Positions 1 to 9,345 of a DNA stretch of 64,000 nucleotides are shown here, one piece after another. The notes beneath the pieces are model-generated. The model saw nothing but the letters and a program-made list of their open reading frames with translations, had not been told where the DNA came from and did no database searches. Made by a program: the position numbers and the translations under genes. Within the stretch, counting starts at the first letter, position 1; each line of letters starts with the position of its first letter. The stretch comes from Candidatus Marinacidobacterales bacterium (GTDB lineage Bacteria > Acidobacteriota > Vicinamibacteria > Marinacidobacterales > DATDRI01). The stretch lies in contig CBDCNP010000002.1 of NCBI GenBank assembly GCA_965219415.1, positions 1,152,001 to 1,216,000 of the forward strand. The letters run 5' to 3'.

Positions 1-344
1 GGCAGTAGCGGCACGAGCGAATCGTTGATGGCCATCAGATCGAATTCGACCGAAGGCCAAGCGTTTTGTGTTTCCACCTGTAAGCCCTCTTGGGCCAGAA
101 CGCGGTCGGCCAGCAGATTGGGCGCCCCGTCGACGGTAACTAGCGTCTCGGCACCATAACCCTGGTTGTCGTAAAGGCCACGCGCGCGATGGTACTTGAA
201 GCTTCGCGAGAAAATGGTGATACCAGATGCAAACAGGGCCGATGCGACGGTGTCGCCTTCCATGAAGCGAATCGGTTTTCGGTTAAAGTGAAAGACTCCG
301 ACGGATTCTTGTCGCGGTAGCGACAGGTAGGGGTGCTCGGACAA
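1..344 (-). CDS. Sarcosine oxidase alpha / N-methylglutamate dehydrogenase subunit C-like, N-terminal part (runs off window)
   Basis: Manual translation from TTG at 344: ...FHFNRKPIRFMEGDTVASALFASGITIFSRSFKYHRARG..., the SoxA N-terminal motif GDTxASAL...RSFKYHRxRG. Confidence 0.85.
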   Translation of the reverse strand, partial: MSEHPYLSLPRQESVGVFHFNRKPIRFMEGDTVASALFASGITIFSRSFKYHRARGLYDNQGYGAETLVTVDGAPNLLADRVLAQEGLQVETQNAWPSVEFDLMAINDSLVPLL

Positions 345-388
345 ACGATTACGCGCAGGCATGAGTCTCTAGAACTAGCCCTGATGCG

Positions 389-652
389 TTACGTCGGACG
401 ATCCTCAAACCAGAAACTCTTGTGGTCCACATTATTGGCCGTATCCCGCTCAACCAAAAACCAACGCTTGCATCCCGAGCGGTGAAACCACCACTCCACT
501 TGCTTGCCTTTCGGATTGCGTGCCATGTACACGTAGTCGGTCCATTCATCGAATGGCGCCTCCGGCTTCGGCCGCGGACAGTATTCGCCGCGAAAGGCAA
601 ATTCGCCCACATGTCGTTTGCCGCAATTCGGGCACATCAACATGAAGCTCAC
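389..652 (-). CDS. soxD: Sarcosine oxidase delta / N-methylglutamate dehydrogenase subunit B-like
   Basis: CPNCGKR...EF...DYVY.ARNPKG...EWWFHRSGCKRWFLVERDT zinc-binding signature; GTG start overlaps upstream TGA (GTGA at 649-652). Confidence 0.88.
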   Translation of the reverse strand: MSFMLMCPNCGKRHVGEFAFRGEYCPRPKPEAPFDEWTDYVYMARNPKGKQVEWWFHRSGCKRWFLVERDTANNVDHKSFWFEDRPT

Positions 653-1995
653 GCTGGCTCTTTCCCTGGATACCAGTCCGTACCGGCCAGCGGGATCTTG
701 GCCATCGCTGCGGCCTCCAAGGTCAAGGCCGCAAGATCCTCCCGCTCGAGATGGTGCACGTTGTTCTTCCCGCAGGCCCGTGCCAGCGTCTGCGTTTCCA
801 ACGCCAGGGTCTTGAGATAATTTCGGACGCGGGTCGTGGCCTGGGCCACGTCGAGGCGGCGTTCCAGATCCGGGTCCTGTGTCGTGATCCCCGCCGGACA
901 CCGCCCGGTCTCGCAAAAATGGCAGGAGCCGGCCCGCGTACCCAACCGCTCATAGTCGGACTCCCACTCCGGGACGTCCCAATTGCACCCCATTGCAATC
1001 ATGGCGGCCTGACCGATGGATACCGCGTCGGCGCCCATGGCAAGGGCCTTGGCCACATCCGAGCCGGTGCGGATACCGCCGGAGACAATCAACTGCACCT
1101 TCCGATGGAGATTCAACTCTTGCAGTGCCTCCACCGCTAGACGGACCGCGGCCAACGTGGGAATCCCGGTGTCCTCTATGAAGCAATCCTGAGTCGCGGC
1201 GGTGCCGGCCTGCATGCCATCGACCACCACGGCATCGGCACCGGCGTGGCAGGCCAACGTGACGTCGTGCCAGACCCGGGTGGCTCCGAGTTTGACGTAG
1301 ACGGGGATGCGCCACTGGGTAATCTCTCGCAGTTCTTCAATCTTGATCACCAGGTCGTCGGGCCCCGTCCAGTCCGGATGCCGACAGGGGGAACGCTGAT
1401 CGATCCCCTCCGGCAATTTGCGCATACCGGCCACGCGCGGACTGATCTTGTTCCCGAGCAGCATGCCGCCGCCGCCGGGTTTGGCTCCCTGGCCCACGAC
1501 GACTTCGACGGCGTCCGCCTTTCTGAGGTCCACCGGATTGAACCCGTATCGGGAAGGCAGACATTGGTAGATGAGAATTTTGGAGGCCTTCCGTTCCTCC
1601 GGCGTCATGCCCCCGTCTCCGGTGGTGGTGCAGGAGCCGGCCATGTTCGCGCCACGACCGAGGGCTTCTTTCGCGTGAGCCCCCAGCGCTCCGAAACTCA
1701 TGCCGGCGATGGTGATCGGAATGTCCAGTTCCAGCGGCTTCTCAGCGAAGCGCGTCCCCAGAACCGTCTTAGTCGAACAGGCCTCTCGGTAGCCTTCCAG
1801 CGCATAGCGGCTGAGGGAGCCGGTGAGGAACGTTAAATCATCGAAGTTGGGGATTTTTCGCTTGGCGCCCATGCCCCGAATTTCGTAGCGCCCGGCCTCG
1901 GCGGCACACCGAATCCAGTCGACCTTGCCGGTCGAATAGGTGAAATTGGAAACTCCCGCCACTTTCGGGGGGTGTGCGTCCGCGTTTCCACTCAT
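649..1995 (-). CDS. mgsC: FMN-binding glutamate synthase family protein (N-methylglutamate synthase subunit C / GlxD)
   Basis: AGMSFGAL, TTGDGG, GQGAKPGGGG, SGGIRTG and CxxCxxGxCPxGI motifs; gene context. Confidence 0.88.
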   Translation of the reverse strand: MSGNADAHPPKVAGVSNFTYSTGKVDWIRCAAEAGRYEIRGMGAKRKIPNFDDLTFLTGSLSRYALEGYREACSTKTVLGTRFAEKPLELDIPITIAGMSFGALGAHAKEALGRGANMAGSCTTTGDGGMTPEERKASKILIYQCLPSRYGFNPVDLRKADAVEVVVGQGAKPGGGGMLLGNKISPRVAGMRKLPEGIDQRSPCRHPDWTGPDDLVIKIEELREITQWRIPVYVKLGATRVWHDVTLACHAGADAVVVDGMQAGTAATQDCFIEDTGIPTLAAVRLAVEALQELNLHRKVQLIVSGGIRTGSDVAKALAMGADAVSIGQAAMIAMGCNWDVPEWESDYERLGTRAGSCHFCETGRCPAGITTQDPDLERRLDVAQATTRVRNYLKTLALETQTLARACGKNNVHHLEREDLAALTLEAAAMAKIPLAGTDWYPGKEPA

Positions 1996-2008
1996 GAGAA
2001 CGGCCTTT

Positions 2009-2683
2009 CTAGTATGTCTGACTCTTCTCGGCGTCGAAATGGTAAAGCGTCTTTGCCGATGCGACCCGTTGGAACGACTTCGGATCCAAATCGATATCGG
2101 CCTCTTTCAACAGCTTGGCCAATGTTTGATGATCTGCCTTCTGCATCTTTTCGATCCGAGCGTCGGCGCCGAGGTTCGCAATTTTTCCGCGAACATAAAT
2201 GACCGCCTCGTACAGGCTGTCACCCAGGCCATGTCCCGCGTCCCCGCAAACCACGATGTGACCGACTTGCGCCAAGAACCCGCACATGTTGCCCACATCA
2301 CCCCCCACGACGATGTCCCCACCCTTGAGGGCAATGCCGCACCGAATCGAGGCCTGCTTTTCGATGATCAGCAACCCGCCGTGTGCCGACGCCCCGGCGG
2401 CCGAGGAAGCGTATCCTTTTACTCGCACCCGACCCGACATCATATTCTCCGCGACACCGGGCCCCGCGTTGCCGTGAATCGTGACATCGGCCTGCTGATT
2501 CATGCCGGCGTAATAGTAGCCACCATGCCCTTCGATCGAGACCTCGATGGCCCGCTCCAAACCTACGGCCAGATTGTGCCGGCCATCGGGGTGCAATATG
2601 CGCACCCGCGCGCCTTCCTCCAGGGCCCCTAGGCGGCGGTTTATTTCGCGCGTGGAAAGCTCGGTGCAATCTAGCGTGACCAT
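2009..2683 (-). CDS. mgsB: GXGXG-domain protein (N-methylglutamate synthase subunit B / GlxC)
   Basis: HNLAVGL, GYYYAGMNQQA, GVAENMMSG, GLGDSLYE motifs. Confidence 0.88.
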   Translation of the reverse strand: MVTLDCTELSTREINRRLGALEEGARVRILHPDGRHNLAVGLERAIEVSIEGHGGYYYAGMNQQADVTIHGNAGPGVAENMMSGRVRVKGYASSAAGASAHGGLLIIEKQASIRCGIALKGGDIVVGGDVGNMCGFLAQVGHIVVCGDAGHGLGDSLYEAVIYVRGKIANLGADARIEKMQKADHQTLAKLLKEADIDLDPKSFQRVASAKTLYHFDAEKSQTY

Positions 2684-3567
2684 ACGTAAATCTGCTCCGG
2701 CATGGGCTCAAAGGTTTCGGCTTCCTGGATCCCCGGCAGGCGAGCCAAGGCTCGAAATTCGGTTGCGCACGCGACGTAGTCGTCCGTCTCCGCCACCACC
2801 AGGGGCTTGCACGCGTAGGTGTCGCGGAGAACCGCAAATTGATCGCGCAGCCCGATGGCCAGGGTGAAGAACCCTGAGAAGCTGTCGATCATTCCGCGCA
2901 ACGCTTCCTTCAGGGACGCGCCGTCACCGAGCCGCCATTGCAGATAGCGAGCCGCCACTTCGGTATCGTTCCAACTATCGCAGGCGATCCCTTCCCGAAC
3001 TAATTCGCGCCGGATGGTATTGTGATTGGCATAGGAGCCGTTGTGCACGACACACAAATCCTTCCCGGCGGTGAACGGATGGCAACCTTCTAGATTGACG
3101 GCCGATTCCGTGGCCATGCGCGTATGGCCAATCATGCAGTTACCCTCCATACTGGGTAGCCCGTATCGTTCGGCCACGCTGGCTGGTGCCCCCACGTCTT
3201 TGTAGATCTCCATCTCTACACCCTGGCCGCTCATGCGAACCACTGGCGCCTCGGCCGCCAAGCGCCGACGCACCTCCTCAGCAGGCTCTTGCGCGACGAG
3301 AATCGCAAACCGGCCCACGGTTCGAAACCGTCCTTCCTTCTTTGCCGTATCGGGGAAAGCGTCCCGCACCGCGGTCCAATCGAATTCCACGTTGGGTGCA
3401 GAAAGCGAATACTTGATGTGACCTGCATCGACGGGTTGGCGATAAACCGCGACCCCGGCGGAATCCGGTCCGCGCTCGGTCATGGCTTCCAGCATCGGAG
3501 TGAACAGGGCGCCGAGCTCGGGACGCAAGGTGTCGGTGCGGGTGAAGAGGCCGACGATGCCACACAT
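2671..3567 (-). CDS. mgsA: Class II glutamine amidotransferase (N-methylglutamate synthase subunit A / GlxB)
   Basis: N-terminal MCGIVG, RGPDSAG, GHTRMATES, VHNGS, NDTEVAA. Confidence 0.88.
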   Translation of the reverse strand: MCGIVGLFTRTDTLRPELGALFTPMLEAMTERGPDSAGVAVYRQPVDAGHIKYSLSAPNVEFDWTAVRDAFPDTAKKEGRFRTVGRFAILVAQEPAEEVRRRLAAEAPVVRMSGQGVEMEIYKDVGAPASVAERYGLPSMEGNCMIGHTRMATESAVNLEGCHPFTAGKDLCVVHNGSYANHNTIRRELVREGIACDSWNDTEVAARYLQWRLGDGASLKEALRGMIDSFSGFFTLAIGLRDQFAVLRDTYACKPLVVAETDDYVACATEFRALARLPGIQEAETFEPMPEQIYVWSR

Positions 3568-3576
3568 GGGAGCGCC

Positions 3577-4920
3577 CTAATAGAACTCCAGATAGCGTTG
3601 CACTTCCCAGTCGGTGACGTCCCGGTGGTAGTCGATCCACTCCTGGGTCTTCAGGTCGATGAACTCCCTGGTCAGAGCCTTGCCAATCCCTTCCGCGATC
3701 ACTTCGTCAGCTTTCAGGGCTTCCAGCGCTTCCCAGAGGCTTTGTGGCAATGTGCCGATGCCCAGCTCGGCGCGTTCAGCGGCACTGGTTTCGTAGACAT
3801 TGATGTTGTGCGGCTTGCCCGGATCGAGCTTGTTCTTGACCCCATCCACTCCAGCCGCCAACACCGCCGCCATCATGAGGTAGGGGTTGGCGGAGCTATC
3901 GGGGCTGCGCAGTTCCAGATGATTCCCACACACCCGCACCATCGCCGTTCGGTTGTTGTCGCCGTAACAAATGTAAGCGGGCGCCCACGTCGCACCCGAG
4001 GCAGTGCCACCAACCACCAGGCGTTTGTAGGAATTGACGGATGGGCAAGTCAACGCGGTCAACGCGGGAGCATGGGCGAGGATGCCGCCCATGAAATGGT
4101 AGGCGAGGGAGGAGAGGCCCATTCCCTTGGCATCCGCATCGTCGTGAAATGCATTTTTTCCATCTTTGACGAGCGAGAAGTGCATGTGCATGCCGTTGCC
4201 GGTGCGGTCGGTCATCGGCTTGGGCATGAAACTGCAAATCATGCCGTGCTTCCGGGCGATCGCGCTGGCAGCCATCTTGAAGAGAATGTAATGGTCGGCC
4301 ATGGTCAGGGCATCGGTATAGGTGAAGTTGATTTCGAACTGCCCGTTGGCGTCTTCATGGTCGATCTGGTACACATCCATGCCGCAGGCCACGATGGCGC
4401 GAGTGAGCTCGGCGATGAAGACGCTGCTGCGATTGAGCCCGTCGTAGTCGTAGCAAGGCTTGTCCAACACATCATCGTCATCCGCCGGTGAGACCCGGCC
4501 CGAAACAGGATCTTTTTTCACCAGGAGGAACTCGGGCTCCAGCCCGGCGTACAGCTCGCATCCCAGGTCTCTCTGGGCTTTTTCGAGCGCTCGACGGCAA
4601 ACGGTGCGGGCATCGTATTCGTAGGGCTTGCCGTTCACGTACCCGTCGCACGCAATGCGCGCGAAACCGGGCATCCAATCGATCTTGCGCAGGGTCGACA
4701 GATCGCCGCGGGCCATGAAGTCCGGTCCGTGCGGTCCCATCCCCAATCCCCACACCGCGAACCCGGCGAATCCGGCGCCGTCCTCGACCACCATGCTCAG
4801 ATGTTTCGCTGGTACGGCTTTGGTCTTGGCGGCACCGTGGATATCCACGAACTGCGCAAGCACGAACTCAATCCCGTTTTCCGAGATGTACTGTTCAGCC
4901 TCTGACAAGGTCGTCATCAT
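3577..4920 (-). CDS. gmaS: Type III glutamate--ammonia ligase / gamma-glutamylmethylamide synthetase
   Basis: GAGFAGFA, KPCYD, DHEDANGQFEINF, TGNGMHMH, SGATWAP, GDNNRT; directly upstream of mgsABC. Confidence 0.85.
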   Translation of the reverse strand: MMTTLSEAEQYISENGIEFVLAQFVDIHGAAKTKAVPAKHLSMVVEDGAGFAGFAVWGLGMGPHGPDFMARGDLSTLRKIDWMPGFARIACDGYVNGKPYEYDARTVCRRALEKAQRDLGCELYAGLEPEFLLVKKDPVSGRVSPADDDDVLDKPCYDYDGLNRSSVFIAELTRAIVACGMDVYQIDHEDANGQFEINFTYTDALTMADHYILFKMAASAIARKHGMICSFMPKPMTDRTGNGMHMHFSLVKDGKNAFHDDADAKGMGLSSLAYHFMGGILAHAPALTALTCPSVNSYKRLVVGGTASGATWAPAYICYGDNNRTAMVRVCGNHLELRSPDSSANPYLMMAAVLAAGVDGVKNKLDPGKPHNINVYETSAAERAELGIGTLPQSLWEALEALKADEVIAEGIGKALTREFIDLKTQEWIDYHRDVTDWEVQRYLEFY

Positions 4921-5049
4921 GCACCTCCCCGGTAGGCGCCAGTTCCGATGTTACATATACACCCATATATGCGCCCTAATGGTACTATTTTCAAGTAAAT
5001 AGTCAATATTATTGCGTTTTGGACTAATTTGGAGTAACTAGGCTACCAA

Positions 5050-6075
5050 ATGCTAAAGCAGGCTCATCCGATTCCGGGCTCCGACACCGCCACCCTAACC
5101 CCGACCCAGGCCCGCATCCTTTCGGCCTTGTCGCTGAACGCCCGGGCGCCCTATTCCGAGATAGCCGAGCAGTTAGGTGTCTCGCGGCAGGCCGTCAAGT
5201 ACAACCACGACTTGCTGCTCTCCCGGGGGATCATCGAGTCGCACTACGCCCTGCTCAACATCGTCAAACTGGGCCTTTTATACCATCGGGTCTTCTTGCA
5301 TGTCGCCAACATCTCGCCTGCCGCAGAGAAGAAATTGATCGAGTACTTCCGTCGGCATCCCAACGTGGGCTGGGTCGTCGAACAAGATGGCCCTTGGGAT
5401 CTAGCGCTTGCGGTATGGACACGCAGCATGACGGCGTTCGAAAAGGTGCTGGATGACATGATGTTCAAGATGGGGCGCCAGGTCGACGAAAAGCGGGTCT
5501 CCTATTCGGCCCGCATCTACCACCTGAAACACAAATTCCTGACCCAGGAGACGAACCTCGGTGCCCTGGAGGTCGGTGGCGAAGTTGCAGAGGTCGCGCT
5601 GGACGATACCGACTACGAGGTGCTCGGGGTCCTCACGCAAACCGGTCGCAAATCTTTCAGCGAGATCGGGGCCCACCTGGCCATCAGTCCCAAAGTGGTG
5701 GAGTACCGTACTCGCCGCATGCTCGATTTGGGTGTCATCCTAGGCTTCAACGTGAAGCTGAGCCACGGGCGCTTGGGATACACTCACCACAAGATCCTGC
5801 TCGAACTAACTTACGTATCGAAGCAGAAGATCGCACAGCTCGTTCGACACCTAAAACAGCTCACCTCCACCGTTTGCATTACTCGGTCGATCGGGTTCTC
5901 GGACTTGGAATTCGAGCTCATGGTCCGCTCCAACGCCGAATTCAATGCGGTCATGAAGGACTTGCGGTACACCTTTCCCGATCTCATCCAGAACTACACT
6001 TCCTTCATTATCCTAAAGGAGGCCTACATCAATTACCTTCCGGCAAAAAAACAAGTTGGTGATGCGGCGCCGTGA
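5050..6075 (+). CDS. Tandem (duplicated) Lrp/AsnC-family transcriptional regulator
   Basis: Two HTH+RAM units: ILSALSLNARAPYSEIAEQLGVS and VLGVLTQTGRKSFSEIGAHLAIS; divergent from gmaS. Confidence 0.8.
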   Translation: MLKQAHPIPGSDTATLTPTQARILSALSLNARAPYSEIAEQLGVSRQAVKYNHDLLLSRGIIESHYALLNIVKLGLLYHRVFLHVANISPAAEKKLIEYFRRHPNVGWVVEQDGPWDLALAVWTRSMTAFEKVLDDMMFKMGRQVDEKRVSYSARIYHLKHKFLTQETNLGALEVGGEVAEVALDDTDYEVLGVLTQTGRKSFSEIGAHLAISPKVVEYRTRRMLDLGVILGFNVKLSHGRLGYTHHKILLELTYVSKQKIAQLVRHLKQLTSTVCITRSIGFSDLEFELMVRSNAEFNAVMKDLRYTFPDLIQNYTSFIILKEAYINYLPAKKQVGDAAP

Positions 6076-6110
6076 TCCGACTCCAGCGTTCCGCAGGCGA
6101 GCGCATCATC

Positions 6111-6148
6111 CATTAATAAGGTGCTCCAACATTAATAAGGTACTCCAA
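6111..6148 (+). repeat. 19-bp tandem direct repeat upstream of amt
   Basis: cattaataaggtgctccaa (6111-6129) followed by cattaataaggtactccaa (6130-6148), 18/19 identical. Confidence 0.9.
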
Positions 6149-6158
6149 GCAACGCGCC

Positions 6159-6202
6159 CATGCAATATGCAATCAGCCCTCGATTCGTCATTGCATACAA
6201 TT
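6159..6202 (+). promoter_or_regulatory. Conserved 44-bp upstream element containing TTGCATACAA (copy 1)
   Basis: 38/44 identical to 56412-56455; about 50 bp upstream of the amt start. Confidence 0.75.
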
Positions 6203-6250
6203 TCACGTTTCGAATAGAGTGACGCGGACGGGAGCGGGACAGAGATTGAT

Positions 6251-7638
6251 ATGACGGACGAACTCAGTGCCCTGACGGTCGTGTTCACCGAGTTCTACTA
6301 CTGGGTGACGGTCGTAATCATGTTCTTGATTCACGTCGGGTTTTGCCTTTACGAGGTTGGCGTCTCTCGGGAGAAGAACAAGATCAACACGCTGATGAAG
6401 AACGCGATGTTGATCCCCATGATCACGGTGGGGTTTTTCTTGTTTGGGTGGTGGTTGTATTTCGCGATGCAGAACGGGCCGGGAATCGGCGGCAACGGTG
6501 AGCTGAAGTCGGCCCCCTGGGCGGCACCCACGAGTGAGCTCATGGGTGCCCACTTGGGCGGCCAACCCGCCGACGAAAACCTCACGACCGAAGACACGGC
6601 GACCTGGGCCCGACTGAACGGCGTGTTCTGGGCCGCCTTCCTGCTCTTCTCCTGGACCGCCGGATCCATCCTTTCCGGCGCCGTGATTGAGCGGATCCGT
6701 TCGGGTACCTTTTGGGTACTGGCAGTCCTGGTGGGATCGGTCACTTGGGTAATCGACGCTGCCTGGGGATGGTCGGACGGCGGCTGGATGGTCCAGAGGC
6801 TCGGCTACCATGACGCGTACGCCTCGGGAGTGATCCATGGCTTGGCCGGTGGATCGGTGCTCGCGATCTTGTGGCATTTGGGACCCCGCATCGGCCGGTT
6901 TCGAGCCGACGGAAGTCCGCGCGACTTCCCCGCCCACAATACCTGGATGGTCGCCATCGGAATGTTTCTCATCTATACCGGCTTCTGGGGCTTTTACGCC
7001 GCCTGCAACGTGCCTATCCTCGATGTCGATCAGGGCGAAGGAGTCGTCTTTTCGGCGACGACGATTTACCTCACGCCCACCACGCTGAGCGCCATCACGT
7101 TCAATTTCCTGATGTCGCTGGCGGCCGGATTCATTGCCGGGTATTGGATTTCGAACGGCGACGCTTTCTGGACGTTTCAAGGCGGGTTAGGCGGGATCAT
7201 CACCGCCTCGGCCGGCAACGATCTCTACCATCCGTACCAGGCTTTTCTGGTGGCCGCGGTGGGGGTGTGCTGCGCTTATAAGCTGCACTTTTGAGTGGAA
7301 AGGAAGTTCAAGATCGATGATGCGGTAGGAGCGGTCGCAATCCATGGATACTGCGGCTTCCTGGGCGTGGTCATGGCCGGCTTCTTGCTGTGGGCCTACC
7401 CTAGCTCCCCGTACGAAGGCTTCGCGCCGATCACTCCATGGGGGCAGCTCGCCGGCGCCATCATCATGTTCTTCGTACTGGGATTTGTGCCCTGCTTCGG
7501 GCCGCCGGGTTGGCAAAGAGGGCCGGCGTCTTACGGATTCCGCCCGAAGTCGAAGTCGCCGGCTTGGATCACGTGATCGCCGAGAACGAGGCCACCGCGT
7601 CCGCGAAGCTGGCATCCGCAGAGCGCGCGGCCGGTTAG
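6251..7638 (+). pseudogene. amt: Ammonium/methylammonium transporter (Amt family), interrupted by an in-frame TGA and a frameshift
   Basis: SGAVIERIR, GVIHG, LGPRIGRF, KIDDAVGAVAIHG, LRIPPEVEVAGLD motifs; TGA at 7292-7294 and frame change near 7500. Confidence 0.82.
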
Positions 7639-7665
7639 GACGATGCAAAAACGACGGAGCACCGT

Positions 7666-7875
7666 GTGAGACCCACCGGATTGGTTGAGAGCTGGCGTGG
7701 CTCCCCGGCCGACTGGGGGCCCGTATATCCCTTCGTCGGTTACGAAGGGGTCCTGCTGGCGATCTGCGCCACCGTCTTCATCGGCTTTCTGGTCTGGAAA
7801 TTTCGAAATGAGCGAGCTCGCTACGATCGGGAGGTGCGCATACTGCGCTCCTCTCGAGGAAGTAGAAAGAACTAA
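7666..7875 (+). CDS. Small single-TM membrane protein downstream of amt
   Basis: 69-aa ORF with GGAG RBS, GPVYPFVGYE motif and one hydrophobic helix. Confidence 0.65.
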   Translation: MRPTGLVESWRGSPADWGPVYPFVGYEGVLLAICATVFIGFLVWKFRNERARYDREVRILRSSRGSRKN

Positions 7876-7914
7876 TCGCCCGTCCATTAAACACTTAGTT
7901 AAGGAGGCTACCTC

Positions 7915-9345
7915 ATGCTTAACGGAAAATGGTTTTGCGCAATTTTCCTAGTGTACGTGTCTCTAAGCTTCGGCATCAGCACGGCACCCGCTCAGGATAT
8001 GAAGGAATGGAATAATCAGATTCGTCAGGAAAAATTTGACCTCGTTCTGCCCCAAGTCATGAAAAAGAACAATATCGACATGTGGATCCATGTGATGAGG
8101 ACGGCAAGGCCGGATCCCTTTGGTGCGGAAGACCTGGGCAGCACCTCCGGTGTTTTCGTCTTCACCGACCGGGGCGGTGACAGAATCGAACGTGCGATTC
8201 TCGGACGTCGCTGGGGAGGTAGCCAGCGCCAACGGGGAGAGAATACGAGCAAGTTGGTAGAAGAATATGGAGTCTACGACATTATCGGAGAACCGGTCTT
8301 TGTGGGAGAACCGGTGTCAGAGCCCGAGACGGAGTATGACTACCGATTCAAGGGCCTCCGAGAATTCGTCGAAGAACGCGACCCCCAGCGCATCGCTCTG
8401 AATTACAGGGTAAAGCTGGGACCGTGGGGGACTTCCAACGGCATGGATGAAAGGGGAAGCACGGCAGAAGACGGCATTTCGCATACCGACTACCTCCTAA
8501 TAACGAAAGAGCTCGGTGACAAATATGCCAAGAGGTTGGTCTCGTTTGAATATGTGATGATGGACTACCTCGTAACTCCGGTACCGAGCGAAGTCGAACT
8601 ACTCAAAAAAATGCGCAAAGACGAGCTCGAACGGGTTAAGAAAACCTTTGCCGCAATCGAACCGGGTGTAACCAAGACTCGCGGGAACGGATTCACTGTC
8701 TTTCGTCGGATGAGCACAGGATTGTCACAAAGGGGCAGAAGTGCAGGCTGGGAAAACGCCGTGGTCCAGGGAGGCGACATGATTGCCGCGCCAAGCCAGG
8801 GCATGTACGCCTATGTGCTCCGTGAAGGAGAGGCTGCACCACCTCCAGAAATCAAGCAACTGTGGGCAGAATATCTGAAAATCGACAAGATTTTTTCAGA
8901 AACTATCAAGGCAGGGCTTACCCCTCGCGAAATAGTGCAAAACTACACGCGGCAATTGGATGCGGTAGGGGTTATTGTTGTGGATCCGCAATTGCATATG
9001 GTTCAGCCAAAGAATGACTTCCCTGCCTATGCCAAAGGCTACGATCCAGAAAAAACTCTGCTTTCTGTCGACCACCATGGCAAGGGAAAAGGAGCGCGGG
9101 AGAGGAAGCACGACATCTATTTTGGTCCCAGGATGGGCTCTTATGGCCCAGATTGGACGCACGATATACCCCTCGCACCCAATCACCACTTTGTCTTAGA
9201 GTACTTTTTCTATATGCCGTCGCCTACTTCCAACAAAAGCGAAGACCAGTATCTATTGTTTTGGGATCATGAACAGGCAATTGGCACCGAAAACGGAGTC
9301 GAGTACTTATCTCCGCCGCAAAAGGAGCTCTATCTCATCAAGTAG
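7915..9345 (+). CDS. Secreted M24 (Xaa-Pro aminopeptidase)-like protein, paralog 1
   Basis: AAGGAGG RBS, signal peptide, IRQEKFD...IDMWIHV, FTDRGGDRIERA, AYVLREGE shared with other paralogs. Confidence 0.72.
   Translation: MLNGKWFCAIFLVYVSLSFGISTAPAQDMKEWNNQIRQEKFDLVLPQVMKKNNIDMWIHVMRTARPDPFGAEDLGSTSGVFVFTDRGGDRIERAILGRRWGGSQRQRGENTSKLVEEYGVYDIIGEPVFVGEPVSEPETEYDYRFKGLREFVEERDPQRIALNYRVKLGPWGTSNGMDERGSTAEDGISHTDYLLITKELGDKYAKRLVSFEYVMMDYLVTPVPSEVELLKKMRKDELERVKKTFAAIEPGVTKTRGNGFTVFRRMSTGLSQRGRSAGWENAVVQGGDMIAAPSQGMYAYVLREGEAAPPPEIKQLWAEYLKIDKIFSETIKAGLTPREIVQNYTRQLDAVGVIVVDPQLHMVQPKNDFPAYAKGYDPEKTLLSVDHHGKGKGARERKHDIYFGPRMGSYGPDWTHDIPLAPNHHFVLEYFFYMPSPTSNKSEDQYLLFWDHEQAIGTENGVEYLSPPQKELYLIK

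Noticed and set aside
3289-4491. Long antisense ORFs (also 20619-21644, 30217-31122, 54321-55220)
   Set aside because: These are shadow frames of well-supported GC-rich genes on the opposite strand, with no recognisable motifs.
6159-6202. Sigma-54 promoter reading of the TTGC in the shared element
   Set aside because: There is no GG at the required -24 spacing in either copy.
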